Shown here: positions 20,801-29,927 of the stretch, in pieces
Numbering within the stretch: position 1 is the stretch's first letter
Layout: each line of letters opens with the position of its first letter
IMG/VR virus record: IMGVR_UViG_3300030110_000758
Coordinates: 1 to 55,357 of that record
Source of the DNA: a virus
Lineage: Duplodnaviria > Caudoviricetes
Reading direction: 5' to 3' (one strand)
Length of the DNA stretch: 55,357 bases
The notes under the pieces: model-generated
What the model saw: only the letters and a program-made list of their open reading frames with translations
What the model was told of the DNA's origin: nothing
Database searches by the model: none
Translations under genes and position numbers: made by a program

Positions 20801-22124
20801 CTGTGTCTATTGTACCAAAGCCACTCGTAATGCTACCACTATTTAAAGCACCAACAGTTGTAGCTGCAGTAGTAACTAGGTTAGGCATAGCTGTAATCTC
20901 ATCATCAAAGTATGCAGCTAAATCAGTAACAGCAACCTGCACCATAGTACCGTTGTCATTCATTACTACTCTGTCAGCATCAGCTACAGTAGTAGAAGTG
21001 GCTGAAGTGCCACCGTCAACAATGTTTAACTCTGCTGCTGTAGATGTTACATTAGTACCACCTATGTCTAAGGTAGTCATAGAAACTTCACCAGCTACGG
21101 TCACTACACCATTAGCAAGAGTAATTAAATCTGTATCATCTGTATGACCAATAGTAGTACCATTAATAAGCACATCATCTATATCAAGAGAACCACCAGA
21201 GATTAAACCTGTAGTAGTAATAGTAGATGAACCTGTGTCAATAGTACCAAAGCCTGATGTAATACTACCTGAGTTAAGTGCTCCTACAGTTGTAGCTGCA
21301 GTAGTAACTAGGTTAGGCATTGCAGTTATTTCATCATCAAAGTATGCAGCAAGGTCTGTTACTGCTACCTGCTTCATAGTGCCAGCATCATTAAATACAA
21401 CACGGTCTGCATCTGCTACTGTAGTTGATGTAGCAGAAGTATCACCGTCCATAATGTTTAGCTCTGTTGTCGTAACAGTAGCACCATCAAGTATTTCTAA
21501 CTCTGCCTCAGATATTTCTGCACTACCAATAGTAACAGTACCAGCAAAGGTAACATTAGCACCACTAAATGTCATGGCAGTAGTAGTGCCTGACTTAATG
21601 ATTAAGTTACCTGATGTGTTAGTTAGAGCACCATACTGTGTGCCATCATCTTTTAGTACAACATCTGCACCACCAGCATCTAATGTAATGTCACCACTTG
21701 CATCAACTGTAAATGCTGCTGTGGCAACCTGCACTAATGTATCAGCTACAATGTCAAGCTGTCCATCTGTACTAGAGTTTAAGTAAATAGCTGTATCACG
21801 AAACTGTAGCTTTTCTGTAGAGGCAATAAGTATATCATCAGAGAACTCAAAGTAGTCCTCATCTTCCATCCACTTTAGCACACCATCATTAGTCTCACCG
21901 TCAAAAGTTACAGTAACATCTGTGCCTGATGTCCCTGCACCAAACGTAAGAGTGTTACCTAATAGCTTAGTAATAGGCCCACCTTCTTGAGAAGTACCAT
22001 CGTGCGTATGTCCTGTAGATTCATTAAAGACTGCGATAAGCTGATCAAACTCGTTGTTTGTATCTGCTGCTTGTATTACGTCACCGTCTGTGTAAGATGA
22101 TTGTCTTGTATATGTAGCGCCCAT
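17877..22124 (-). CDS. Tail fibre with YadA-like head repeats and C-terminal intramolecular chaperone (peptidase S74)
   Basis: N-terminal YTRQSS..GHTHDG; many NxAxGxxA repeats; SDERFKEDI..LRPVTFKWK..HGFIAQEV..KAIQEL. Confidence 0.9.
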   Translation of the reverse strand: MGATYTRQSSYTDGDVIQAADTNNEFDQLIAVFNESTGHTHDGTSQEGGPITKLLGNTLTFGAGTSGTDVTVTFDGETNDGVLKWMEDEDYFEFSDDILIASTEKLQFRDTAIYLNSSTDGQLDIVADTLVQVATAAFTVDASGDITLDAGGADVVLKDDGTQYGALTNTSGNLIIKSGTTTAMTFSGANVTFAGTVTIGSAEISEAELEILDGATVTTTELNIMDGDTSATSTTVADADRVVFNDAGTMKQVAVTDLAAYFDDEITAMPNLVTTAATTVGALNSGSITSGFGTIDTGSSTITTTGLISGGSLDIDDVLINGTTIGHTDDTDLITLANGVVTVAGEVSMTTLDIGGTNVTSTAAELNIVDGGTSATSTTVADADRVVMNDNGTMVQVAVTDLAAYFDDEITAMPNLVTTAATTVGALNSGSITSGFGTIDTGSSTITTTGAITGGSLVADNITIDGTEIDLSSGDLTIDVAGDIILDADGDDIKFNGSGNLRYEFKLDSTPQMNVTGGNFDIQNQTDDANIIFKGSDGGSAVTALTLDMSAAGAATFNSTVTATGTSVFASLDISGDIDVDGTTNLDVTNIVGDLTVTGDSATFTSANAEDPLIIIKDTTNDANAARLRFVKDKGAAGADDDDIGTIEFFADNDAQEQTKFALIRAEVSDASDGAEGGKLNFQVASHDGEMAPGLILRDGSLEDEVDVNIAFGTASVTTIAGNLNVVTDLDVDGTTNLDVVDVDGAVNFAADVTFADGADIITATAGTSNFRAGVNAGNSILSGGNYNTVVGDEAGTAITTGDENVFVGYVAGDAISTASGNTALGAYALTSDTLGSLSVAIGNNALNSQNFTTATNAYNVAIGKNAGLSVTTGTLNTLIGGLAGDALTDAFENTAVGESALSSDTLGRRTVAIGSGALQTQNITTTATNSYNVAVGYDAGNSITTGVQNTIIGALAGHQLTTGQDNVAVGYSALTSDDVGSRTTAIGRFAGYNQNYATATNSNNVYVGYYAGANVLTATNNTLIGTECGDALTTGSENVAVGTQALSTEDAHGQNTAVGMQAFRDLDVGADGNNTALGHIAGRLATTTEQTTLVGAQAGSGAIMTGNSNTAVGFKAGHLITSGTLNTLMGANAGDAISTGFDNVAVGRSALTGEDTGRKNVAIGSSALEVQNNDVDNFNTAVGFEAGKAVSTSIQNTLIGARCGESLTSGSFNTMVGYLAGGFSVDTEDGTKNTIVGSFSHTSATDSDNQIVLGHDVTGNGDNTLCFGTGATDSSIAFGATSITAPSDERFKEDIQTSTAGLSFVNDLRPVTFKWKKEKDVPSNSRSYIEGSEKRVMNCDDKTMHGFIAQEVKTAIDNHAEIKDGFRMWSEGEGDGSKRQRLAPSELIPILTKAIQELSAKNDALEARIATLEG
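20775..21464. repeat. In-frame 258-bp duplication in the tail fibre (20775-21032 and 21207-21464)
   Basis: Two 86-aa units 144 aa apart, 81/86 aa identical, with many synonymous differences. Confidence 0.9.
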
Positions 22125-23863
22125 TAACGTCTAGCTCCCACTTGATACTCTAACTGAAAACCCTTCAGTGAGTATGGTGCAGTTACACCATTATCATTTA
22201 CTCTTAATGCAACCGTAAAACCTGATCCTTCTACTGGTTGTCTAACTAACGGTTGTGACGAACCACCATACACAGCGTTTGCTGTTGCTCCTGATACAGC
22301 GTATGTTGCAGTTCCATACTGTGCAGCAACAGAACTTGAGTCTAAAGGATATACTGCAGGTCTTGCTGAGTCAGGCGATTCATTATCGTATCTAACTATT
22401 AAGTCTGCAGCTATAGCGGATTCAGGTTTAAAATTAACGATAACTCTATGCATGTGTTTTCTTATACCTGTATCGCCAAAACCTAAGTCTGGTCCTCTAT
22501 ACTTTCCAAAGATAGTAGTTCCAGCAAAGGTGTTACCTTTTTCTTGCCTATGCACAAAGCCTGTAAAATCTCCATGTAAAACTATTACATCACCCGCTTT
22601 AACAAAAGTATCTGTGCAGGATGGTTTGATACCCTTCACTTCAGAGAACTCAAACCTATCTCCTTTCATAACACATATTACACCTCTTGTCAAGCTGTCA
22701 GATTGTCCATCTTTAGAAAAGAATATTCTGTATTGTGTTTTGTCAGGTATGGTTACACTCTCAAAAAGCGCTGCGTCCTTTATATTTTCATCAAACAAAG
22801 ACTGAACGTTTCTAGTAATCGTACCAAGCTCAACGTCACCAATCCTTGCAGTAGCAGCAACAGTACGCAAACCATCAGGTCCAAGGAATATTAAGTCACC
22901 TGCAAATTCTTGAATAGTATCACCATTAATACAACCAATGTCTCTCGTGACAGGTACAACAGCAAAGTCACTTAGGGAAGATCCTGTAAGATTAAAGATA
23001 CGGTTTTCACAAAAGATAAACAAGTTATCACGAAATACTTTTAGTCCTACAATCGTATCATCTACTTTGATACTCCCAGCACCAGAGCCACTTGAAAAGT
23101 CATCTTCGTCAAATGGTACACTAAATACAAGCTCTTGTGGTGTAGTAGATTTACCAGCATAAAACATATGGTTTTTATAAACAGCTACAAACTTAGAACC
23201 CTCAACTGAACTAGCGGTAACATCTGTTGCACTTAATGATGTGTTAAATACTACAGGATCATTATTACCATCAACAAATATTATCTTGTCATTACCATCA
23301 AAGTTAAATCTTTCAAAGCTGTACTTATCTGCACTAGTACGTCCTGTGTCTCTTTCTGTCCAACTCTCAGATACTATATCATCAACTGAATGTGCTGCTG
23401 CAGTTGTGCTTGATGCAGCACGAGTTACACCCGTAAACGTAGTAGAGGTCACGCCTGTGTAAGTAAATATCTCGTCATTTATTTGCAGTGTGCCACTACT
23501 AGAAAACCCTGTAGTTGTATCTACTGTAATTGTACCAGAACCTGTCATAGCTGTAGTTGAAGCTATAGCTGATGCTAACTCTGTAGATGCAGCACTAAAT
23601 ATCTTTTCTCCTCGTGCAGCTAATACTTTATTAGCAAAGGTAGCTACCATCAAAACTTTTTCAGAAGATGCACTAGTTTGAGGTATTTGCTGGTTTACAA
23701 ACTTAGCGTGTCCATCTATACGCCTGTAACCACCTTGAATATCAGGCTCAAAGTTTTCTAGCTGTAGTGCCTCACCTGGTTGCATAAGAAACGTAGAGCG
23801 ATTTAGGACTAGTCCACCCTCTAAGTTAAACGCTGCAGGAGATGTTTGAGAACTATCTGGCAT
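22124..23863 (-). CDS. Tail nozzle / stabilisation protein (T7 gp12 / P22 gp10-like)
   Basis: 579 aa, beta-rich; GGL near N-terminus; DIGCINGDTIQEFAGDLIFLGPDGLR; lies between adaptor and fibre. Confidence 0.7.
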   Translation of the reverse strand: MPDSSQTSPAAFNLEGGLVLNRSTFLMQPGEALQLENFEPDIQGGYRRIDGHAKFVNQQIPQTSASSEKVLMVATFANKVLAARGEKIFSAASTELASAIASTTAMTGSGTITVDTTTGFSSSGTLQINDEIFTYTGVTSTTFTGVTRAASSTTAAAHSVDDIVSESWTERDTGRTSADKYSFERFNFDGNDKIIFVDGNNDPVVFNTSLSATDVTASSVEGSKFVAVYKNHMFYAGKSTTPQELVFSVPFDEDDFSSGSGAGSIKVDDTIVGLKVFRDNLFIFCENRIFNLTGSSLSDFAVVPVTRDIGCINGDTIQEFAGDLIFLGPDGLRTVAATARIGDVELGTITRNVQSLFDENIKDAALFESVTIPDKTQYRIFFSKDGQSDSLTRGVICVMKGDRFEFSEVKGIKPSCTDTFVKAGDVIVLHGDFTGFVHRQEKGNTFAGTTIFGKYRGPDLGFGDTGIRKHMHRVIVNFKPESAIAADLIVRYDNESPDSARPAVYPLDSSSVAAQYGTATYAVSGATANAVYGGSSQPLVRQPVEGSGFTVALRVNDNGVTAPYSLKGFQLEYQVGARR

Positions 23864-23865
23864 CT

Positions 23866-24801
23866 TTACGAAACTCTAAGAACAGGATTTGAATAGTCTG
23901 TAGGTATATCTATCTTAGTTGATCTGATATAATCGTACTTGTTAATTACAAGTGACTGCATGTTTTTTATGCCTTGATTAAATCTTTCAAAGTTTAGTTG
24001 ATACTGGTTTAGTTCGCCACGATACTGATACACGTAAGCTGTAGCACCATCAACTACAACAGGAGCAAACCTGTCAGGTATAGTTGTTGTATCGCCGTGT
24101 GCTGATAGGTCTGATGGAAATGTAAAGTAATCAAATGTAAGTGTGTATTGTTTATCAGGAAAAGGATATAACAAATAATTATTGTCTAAGGTACGAACAA
24201 TGTACTGTGGTACGCCACCTCTGTCAAACTGTGTTACAGTTACACCACTAGCGTGAGTTGCTGCTGTAGTATTGTTTGCTCCACGAGTACAACCTGTTAT
24301 GTCGTTACCTAATATACCTGTATAAGTAATTTGTTCACCACCTATAAACACTGTGCCAGAACTATCAAAATCTGTAGTTGATGTAAGCGTAAGGGTAGTA
24401 ACAGAAGAAGAGTGTGAACCATTTAGTGTAGTTGATGCTATCTCGTCTTCTTGATTAGCATATTCTTTAGTTATGTACTCGTTGTAGTTTAGTTTAGATA
24501 AGTTATTACCTGAAGCATTAACATCTAAATCTTTCTTTATTCTGGCTGTATTGTAATCTATATACTTTGTGCTGGTAGGTATAGAGTACCTTACAACACC
24601 AGGGGTTAGTGTTTTTGTTTCTGTAGCGTGATTAAAAGGATAACCAAACTCTCTTTGATTTATAAATCTTATAGCTTCGTTAACTGCGTTTTGACATTGT
24701 ACTTGTATGCCTCTAGCACTAGAAAAGTTAGAGGATGTCAACACCACCTCGTTCATCCGTGTAATAACACTATTAGTGAGTGTAAGAAATGTCAACGCCA
24801 T
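23866..24801 (-). CDS. Head-tail adaptor (tail tubular protein A-like)
   Basis: TFLTLTNSVITRMNE..VNEAIRFI..YPF..GVPQY..YPFPDK..IPDRF; position after capsid genes. Confidence 0.75.
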   Translation of the reverse strand: MALTFLTLTNSVITRMNEVVLTSSNFSSARGIQVQCQNAVNEAIRFINQREFGYPFNHATETKTLTPGVVRYSIPTSTKYIDYNTARIKKDLDVNASGNNLSKLNYNEYITKEYANQEDEIASTTLNGSHSSSVTTLTLTSTTDFDSSGTVFIGGEQITYTGILGNDITGCTRGANNTTAATHASGVTVTQFDRGGVPQYIVRTLDNNYLLYPFPDKQYTLTFDYFTFPSDLSAHGDTTTIPDRFAPVVVDGATAYVYQYRGELNQYQLNFERFNQGIKNMQSLVINKYDYIRSTKIDIPTDYSNPVLRVS

Positions 24802-24822
24802 TATAGTACCCTAAGTAAGATG

Positions 24823-24854
24823 TTTAAGGGGCCAGCGCTGGGCCAGCCCCTAAA
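24823..24854 (-). terminator. GC-rich stem-loop after the capsid genes (partial terminator or mRNA stabiliser)
   Basis: Minus strand GGGGCTGGC-CCAGC-GCTGGCCCC; weak U tract. Confidence 0.5.
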
Positions 24855-24858
24855 GTAG

Positions 24859-25398
24859 TTATGCTAGTAGATCACGATCCACTTCTTGAGCAGAGCCACT
24901 CTGTGATACTTCATCCATGAGTATGCAAACTGCAAACACACGAATAATGCCACCAGTAATGGTTCCACTTGATGCATGAATCTCTACATCAAGAGTATCT
25001 GCTGATGCAGTAAATGCTGGTACATTAGCAACAACACCACTTGATAGACCTGCAGGGGGAGTAATATCTCCTACTGAAGCTCCATCTAAGTCGAATGACG
25101 CAGCAAACAAGTCTACGTCTGTTCCTGTAATACCAACGTGCAAAGCAGAGTCAGTAGTAGTGCCTGTCATAGCAGTGACAACTTTGAAACCTGCGTACAG
25201 GACCATAGTGTTTGCAGGAACAGCAATAGCTTCAATGATGTCATTAGCCGCTAGTGCAGTACCACCGTTTTGTAGGATAGCATCTGCGAGATCAATATCG
25301 TTCTGCAGAGTTACCAAGCTGCCACGAAGCTGTTTATTGCCAGTACCGCCATTATTGGAAGTAGAGGCTGAGTTCGTGCTCATAGTAATAGTAGCCAT
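24859..25398 (-). CDS. Capsid decoration / minor capsid protein
   Basis: 179 aa directly after MCP; GGAGG SD; AANDIIEAIAVPANTMV type beta protein. Confidence 0.6.
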   Translation of the reverse strand: MATITMSTNSASTSNNGGTGNKQLRGSLVTLQNDIDLADAILQNGGTALAANDIIEAIAVPANTMVLYAGFKVVTAMTGTTTDSALHVGITGTDVDLFAASFDLDGASVGDITPPAGLSSGVVANVPAFTASADTLDVEIHASSGTITGGIIRVFAVCILMDEVSQSGSAQEVDRDLLA

Positions 25399-25412
25399 AA
25401 TTCAATCCTCCC

Positions 25413-26486
25413 TTACGCTGCGTTATATTTAGCGGTTACAAGTGCTTCAGGCCGCAAGATCTTGCGTCCATACAAATGCATACCTCTGACGATATCAGCA
25501 AAGCTGTCTGGATCACGATACGTTTCCGTCTTGTTGATCTGTTCAGCAGTTGCTACTGCGCTGTCATGTCCAGCAACCAATACACCAAAGTTTGTATTCT
25601 GGTTTGCTGTACCTGTAGTGCCTGGTCCATCACCTACTGCTGGTAGGTTTGATGAAACATACATACGGAAGCCGTGAAAGTTATTAATCACGAGTCCGTT
25701 ACGTAGTCCACCTGACTCACCATAATCGCCATTCATAAAGCGACTATCTTCATCAGAAAGGATTTCCATAAAGACCGGGTCAATTACAAGCCATCTTCCT
25801 TGTGTATCTACTTGCTGTTGATCAAGTAAACGCTTCATGCGAGACACGATCATAGCAGGTGACACAGTTGCAGTCGGTAGGGATGTTGCACCTGGCATAC
25901 GAGCAGTTACTGGAATCGAGTGATCACCAGCAGATGCAGTGGTAATGTTACCAAATGAACTTTTGATCAACTTCATGCTAGATAGCAATTCGTCTGAACC
26001 TGCAGAGAGAACAGCTTTTTCACCACTTGCAGTAGTGTTAGCTGTATCAGCTTTTGCGTGTAGCGCAGACTGCTTGAAACCTGTTAAGTAACCTAGAACT
26101 TCTTGGTCATACTGATCAGCTAAACGATAAGCTGCACGATCAGTGGCAAGCTGCATAAAATTGACGTGGCTGTGTGCTTCTTCGATGTCATCCATCTTAA
26201 AAGCAAAGTAATTGGATTTATCAACAACCAATGTAAAGTCTTCATCGTCAAGGTCTTGCGCTGTTACAGTAGTCCCACGAGTGTAGGATTGCACTGAAAT
26301 TTCAGGCTCCTTGATAATTCTGACCGTATCACCTTGGGCAGCTATCTCCCCAAAATAATCAGAGTTTGTGATATCTCCAACAGTGGCACTCTTGCGGAAC
26401 GCAAGCTGTACCTGTTTGGAATAGATTATGGGGCTAAAATTACCGTTAGGTAAGTTCCCATAACCTGATGCGGATGAAAAAGCCAT
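25413..26486 (-). CDS. Major capsid protein
   Basis: GNFSPIIYSK..GEIAAQGDTVRI..YFAFKMDDIE..ETYRDPDSFADIVRGMHLYG; AGGAGG SD at ATG 26486. Confidence 0.9.
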   Translation of the reverse strand: MAFSSASGYGNLPNGNFSPIIYSKQVQLAFRKSATVGDITNSDYFGEIAAQGDTVRIIKEPEISVQSYTRGTTVTAQDLDDEDFTLVVDKSNYFAFKMDDIEEAHSHVNFMQLATDRAAYRLADQYDQEVLGYLTGFKQSALHAKADTANTTASGEKAVLSAGSDELLSSMKLIKSSFGNITTASAGDHSIPVTARMPGATSLPTATVSPAMIVSRMKRLLDQQQVDTQGRWLVIDPVFMEILSDEDSRFMNGDYGESGGLRNGLVINNFHGFRMYVSSNLPAVGDGPGTTGTANQNTNFGVLVAGHDSAVATAEQINKTETYRDPDSFADIVRGMHLYGRKILRPEALVTAKYNAA

Positions 26487-26695
26487 GATATAATCCTCCT
26501 TAGATGTTTGCTGGCTTATGTGAAGTAAGCCCAAACTTACTTTAAGGGGCTGATGTTTTTAGGGTGCAAGCATACTGATCAGGTTAACTTGGGCCTATAC
26601 TTTATCAGGTAGGTCTTAACTTAATTGTTTGGCTTAGTTTAGTTAGAGTATAAAGGTAGCTAATAGTATCAGGGCTTTACACTCTTGTCTTAACA
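26487..26695 (-). promoter_or_regulatory. Structured 5' leader of the MCP mRNA
   Basis: Hairpins at 26645-26685 and 26542-26619 with CC / C(U)AC internal loops; G-U pairs only on the minus strand. Confidence 0.6.
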
Positions 26696-26700
26696 TACAC

Positions 26701-26729
26701 AGTTATACATATAAATTGTGTATTGTCAA
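26701..26729 (-). promoter_or_regulatory. Promoter for the MCP operon
   Basis: TTGACA-N16-TATAACT. Confidence 0.75.
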
Positions 26730-26736
26730 TACTTTT

Positions 26737-27618
26737 TTAACGTGCAGCACCAGAAATATCGTAAATAAATTTACCACTACGTATTGATTCCATGATTGCA
26801 TCAGAGTTAGCCTCGTATTCTTGGGCTGTCATCCTTTGCACATCTGACTCACGAAAGCTTCCTGATGTGTCGTTAGTTTCTACTTTAGTTGTACGTTTAG
26901 TTTTTACTTCAGAGGCGGCGTCCTTAGTAGACTTACGCTTGCCTTTTACGTCTATACCGTTGTCAATCTTATAAAGATCAATTACACGTACAACTGATTT
27001 AGGGTCATCTTGATTTTCGTACAAGGCATCCTGCACCCACTTGGGTTGTTCTTCTGCCCATTCGTGAAAACTATCACTAGCACGTAACTCATCAAAGTCT
27101 TTATGTATAGAACGTATCTCATCTTCTGCTTTATTACGATACGTTTCTTCAGCTATCTTATCTAATTCTTTTAGTCTAGCATCTGCGTTTTTAAACTTTT
27201 CATTTGCTTTCTTGTCAGCAATAGTCTCTACTATCTGTGCTATTTCAGGGTATTTTTTAGCCCAAGCATCTATGCTTTCTTCACTAGCAGGTGGACGTAC
27301 AGCACCATTTTCTGCAGCTTTATTTAATTTATCTTTAAGTTCTTTTAACTCTTCGTTCTGTTTATTTAAATGGCTGCGTAAATCACTGTACCGTTTTTTA
27401 AACGTTCTCTCTTCTGCAGATAGTGTCTCTTCTTTAACTTCTGAATTGGCCTCTGCCTCTTTGGTATCGGCCTCTTCATCACTGGATGATCCCCCTTCCA
27501 TAAGGGCTTTGAGTTCTGCTTCATCCTGTTCTATACGCTTCTTGTTTGCATTTCTTGTACTTTTTGATTGTACGAATCCTGCATTTTTTGGTGTCTCCAC
27601 TTCTGCTAACTCAGGCAT
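26737..27618 (-). CDS. Capsid scaffolding protein
   Basis: 293 aa, acidic coiled coil FKKRYSDLR; C-terminal MTAQEYE..IMESIRSGK; lies between portal region and MCP. Confidence 0.7.
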   Translation of the reverse strand: MPELAEVETPKNAGFVQSKSTRNANKKRIEQDEAELKALMEGGSSSDEEADTKEAEANSEVKEETLSAEERTFKKRYSDLRSHLNKQNEELKELKDKLNKAAENGAVRPPASEESIDAWAKKYPEIAQIVETIADKKANEKFKNADARLKELDKIAEETYRNKAEDEIRSIHKDFDELRASDSFHEWAEEQPKWVQDALYENQDDPKSVVRVIDLYKIDNGIDVKGKRKSTKDAASEVKTKRTTKVETNDTSGSFRESDVQRMTAQEYEANSDAIMESIRSGKFIYDISGAAR

Positions 27619-27637
27619 ATTGTATCCTTTCTTATAT

Positions 27638-27661
27638 GGGGCCAGCCGTAGCTGGGTAGCC
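27638..27661 (-). promoter_or_regulatory. Leader hairpin of the scaffold gene
   Basis: GG-CTAC-CCAGC-TACG-GCTGG-CC-CC just upstream of the AAAGGA SD. Confidence 0.55.
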
Positions 27662-27667
27662 TTATTG

Positions 27668-29746
27668 TTATTTTACAAACAGTCCTGTTAAGAAAAACTG
27701 TGCTGTACGTAGGTAGTAGTTAAGTGCTGGCTTTACGCCTTTCTTGAGTCCTCTACCGTAGGACACAAAATCTTTAAACTCTTGATAGTGTTCTGCTGCT
27801 TTGCCTTTTTCTATTGCTATGTTACCTGCATGACGATAGCCACGTCTAAACACCTCACCGTACCACTTACCGTGATATGTACGCTCACACCACAGTTCTG
27901 CTTTAGCTTTATCTAGTCTGCTAAACCCACCTGTAGAAATACCGTGTGTAGCTATAACGCAACCTGAATCTTTTTGAGCTTTATCCTCGTCATCTGAACC
28001 ATCGCCAGAGGGTCTAGCTTTTGGTCTTATTTCTCCATCATAAGACGGTTGAGATATTGCTTGACCCTTTCGAAACGGATCAATATTCTCTGCCATAATA
28101 GCGTCTGCTGCAGCTTGCTCTTCAGCAGTTATATTTATTGATGTGCCAGATGATACTGAAGGTGGAAGCAAAGACTCAACGTTAATTCCAAAACCGCCAT
28201 TATCGTCATCATCTTTATATAAAGCTTGATCAAATATAGGAGTACCTGTTGTTTGACCTGTTGGATCTGCTGTTGCACTAATTAAATTAGCGTTGTATTG
28301 AGCTTGAAATAATGTATTGTTACCATCACTAGTTAATTTATTACCTTGATTATCAACTCCAAGTTTTAGTATATTGTTTACAGAATTATTAACCATACCT
28401 GCTTTTTTTACAATACCCTCTTGTGTTTTTTTAATAAGAGCATCTCCTCCTCCAGAACCAAGCAACCTACCTAGCATAGAGTCACCAGCTATACTTAGTA
28501 TACCCTTTTCTATATTACTCATTTCTAATGGGTTTTTACCTTTACCTTTATAAAAATTAGCGTAAGCTTTATAGTCATTTAAAGTATAATCAGATGGATT
28601 TTTATTTCTCCAAGAGTCTTGACCAGTAACTACAGGATCATCATCATCGTCACGAACCTCTTGTTGAGCTTGTTCTTCCACAGGTGTTGCTGCTTTTTCA
28701 CGAAAACCCTCTGGTATCCTACTCATAGGCCTACCATTAAAAAAGAAAATTATTATTGTTTGACCTGTCGTATCATTAATAAAAGTTCGTGATTCAAAGC
28801 CTGTAAATATAGAACCTGTACCACCGTAGCTACCAAATCCACCACCTACAGGTTTAGGTACAGCACCACCTTCTTGCATATTTATGGGTTTATCTTGTCC
28901 CTTTTCATCATCTTCTACTTCAAGCTCATCATCTCTAAAGTAAGACTCCTCACCATCCCTAATACGTTTCCAGCCCTCTGCTGCAGATTTCTGTAACTCT
29001 TCAAAAAACTCTGTGCCGTAATATCTTCTAGTTGCAGCGTTAATCATAAACTCATTAGGACTAGCATTAATAGGTACATCATCACGTACCTCTTCTGGCG
29101 TAGCACCAAGCGGGGCAGTATTACCACTAACAGGATCTTTTGTTTCACTTAGTATAAGATCCATTTCCATTTGCATGGGTTTAGTATTGGGAAGAGAGCC
29201 ACCCTCTGCAAAATCTAATACAAAGCCAGTGTTAGCTGCTATAGGTGCATCTGATTTTAAAAGATCTATATCTGCGTCCATGTAAGCTTTTCCTTTACCT
29301 ATTTTAAAAGTAAGACCTTTTTTACCTGTGGGCGTTTTTTCATACATAAAAGGTCCAATAGGAACAGGATCTTTTTTATCTGTAAAACTTAATTTTAACC
29401 CCTCATACAATCCCTCTTCATTTGAATAAAGATCAAATACTTTTTTATCTGAAAGATCAACATTTCCTATAATTTTACCTTCAGAGTCTTTTAAAGGAGC
29501 ACTAAGGTTTTCATTGCTAATAGATAAAGAATCAGACTCATTCTTGTCATTATCATAATATTTTATAGTAGACGTTGATTGACTATCATTATCGTTTCTA
29601 TCACTACCTGCTAATCTTTGAGATTTTTCGTATGCGCTTTGTATATCAGCAGCTTCTTTTGTATACGTTTTATCGCCAGATAAACTTACTCCTGCCTCTT
29701 GCAAGCTGTCTGCCATTTGTTGATAAGCATCAAACAGATTTGACAT
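27668..29746 (-). CDS. Virion-associated protein, unknown function
   Basis: 692 aa; DPVSGN..EEVRDDVP..NEFMINA..YYG core; FAEGG and MQEGG motifs; C-terminal GCVIAT domain. Confidence 0.7.
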   Translation of the reverse strand: MSNLFDAYQQMADSLQEAGVSLSGDKTYTKEAADIQSAYEKSQRLAGSDRNDNDSQSTSTIKYYDNDKNESDSLSISNENLSAPLKDSEGKIIGNVDLSDKKVFDLYSNEEGLYEGLKLSFTDKKDPVPIGPFMYEKTPTGKKGLTFKIGKGKAYMDADIDLLKSDAPIAANTGFVLDFAEGGSLPNTKPMQMEMDLILSETKDPVSGNTAPLGATPEEVRDDVPINASPNEFMINAATRRYYGTEFFEELQKSAAEGWKRIRDGEESYFRDDELEVEDDEKGQDKPINMQEGGAVPKPVGGGFGSYGGTGSIFTGFESRTFINDTTGQTIIIFFFNGRPMSRIPEGFREKAATPVEEQAQQEVRDDDDDPVVTGQDSWRNKNPSDYTLNDYKAYANFYKGKGKNPLEMSNIEKGILSIAGDSMLGRLLGSGGGDALIKKTQEGIVKKAGMVNNSVNNILKLGVDNQGNKLTSDGNNTLFQAQYNANLISATADPTGQTTGTPIFDQALYKDDDDNGGFGINVESLLPPSVSSGTSINITAEEQAAADAIMAENIDPFRKGQAISQPSYDGEIRPKARPSGDGSDDEDKAQKDSGCVIATHGISTGGFSRLDKAKAELWCERTYHGKWYGEVFRRGYRHAGNIAIEKGKAAEHYQEFKDFVSYGRGLKKGVKPALNYYLRTAQFFLTGLFVK

Positions 29747-29927
29747 TTACTTCATCCCTCAAAAAAGTTAACCTACGTAGCGCAGAGATCTCACCTTGAG
29801 CACGATATATACCTTCCATAGAAGTTTCATGTTCTAACTTTTTCTGTGATACTACTATTTTTGCATTTATGTTTTCTAAGAAAGCATCCCATAAAGGTTT
29901 ATCGTTTACTAGTTTTTTTATTGTCAT
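29730..29927 (-). CDS. Small head-assembly region protein
   Basis: 65 aa, IYRAQGEISALRRL; coupled to the portal stop. Confidence 0.75.
   Translation of the reverse strand: MTIKKLVNDKPLWDAFLENINAKIVVSQKKLEHETSMEGIYRAQGEISALRRLTFLRDEVNVKSV

Noticed and set aside
20775-21464. Tail-fibre repeat as a DGR template/variable pair
   Set aside because: No reverse transcriptase is present; both copies are in frame, and the differences are synonymous rather than adenine-specific
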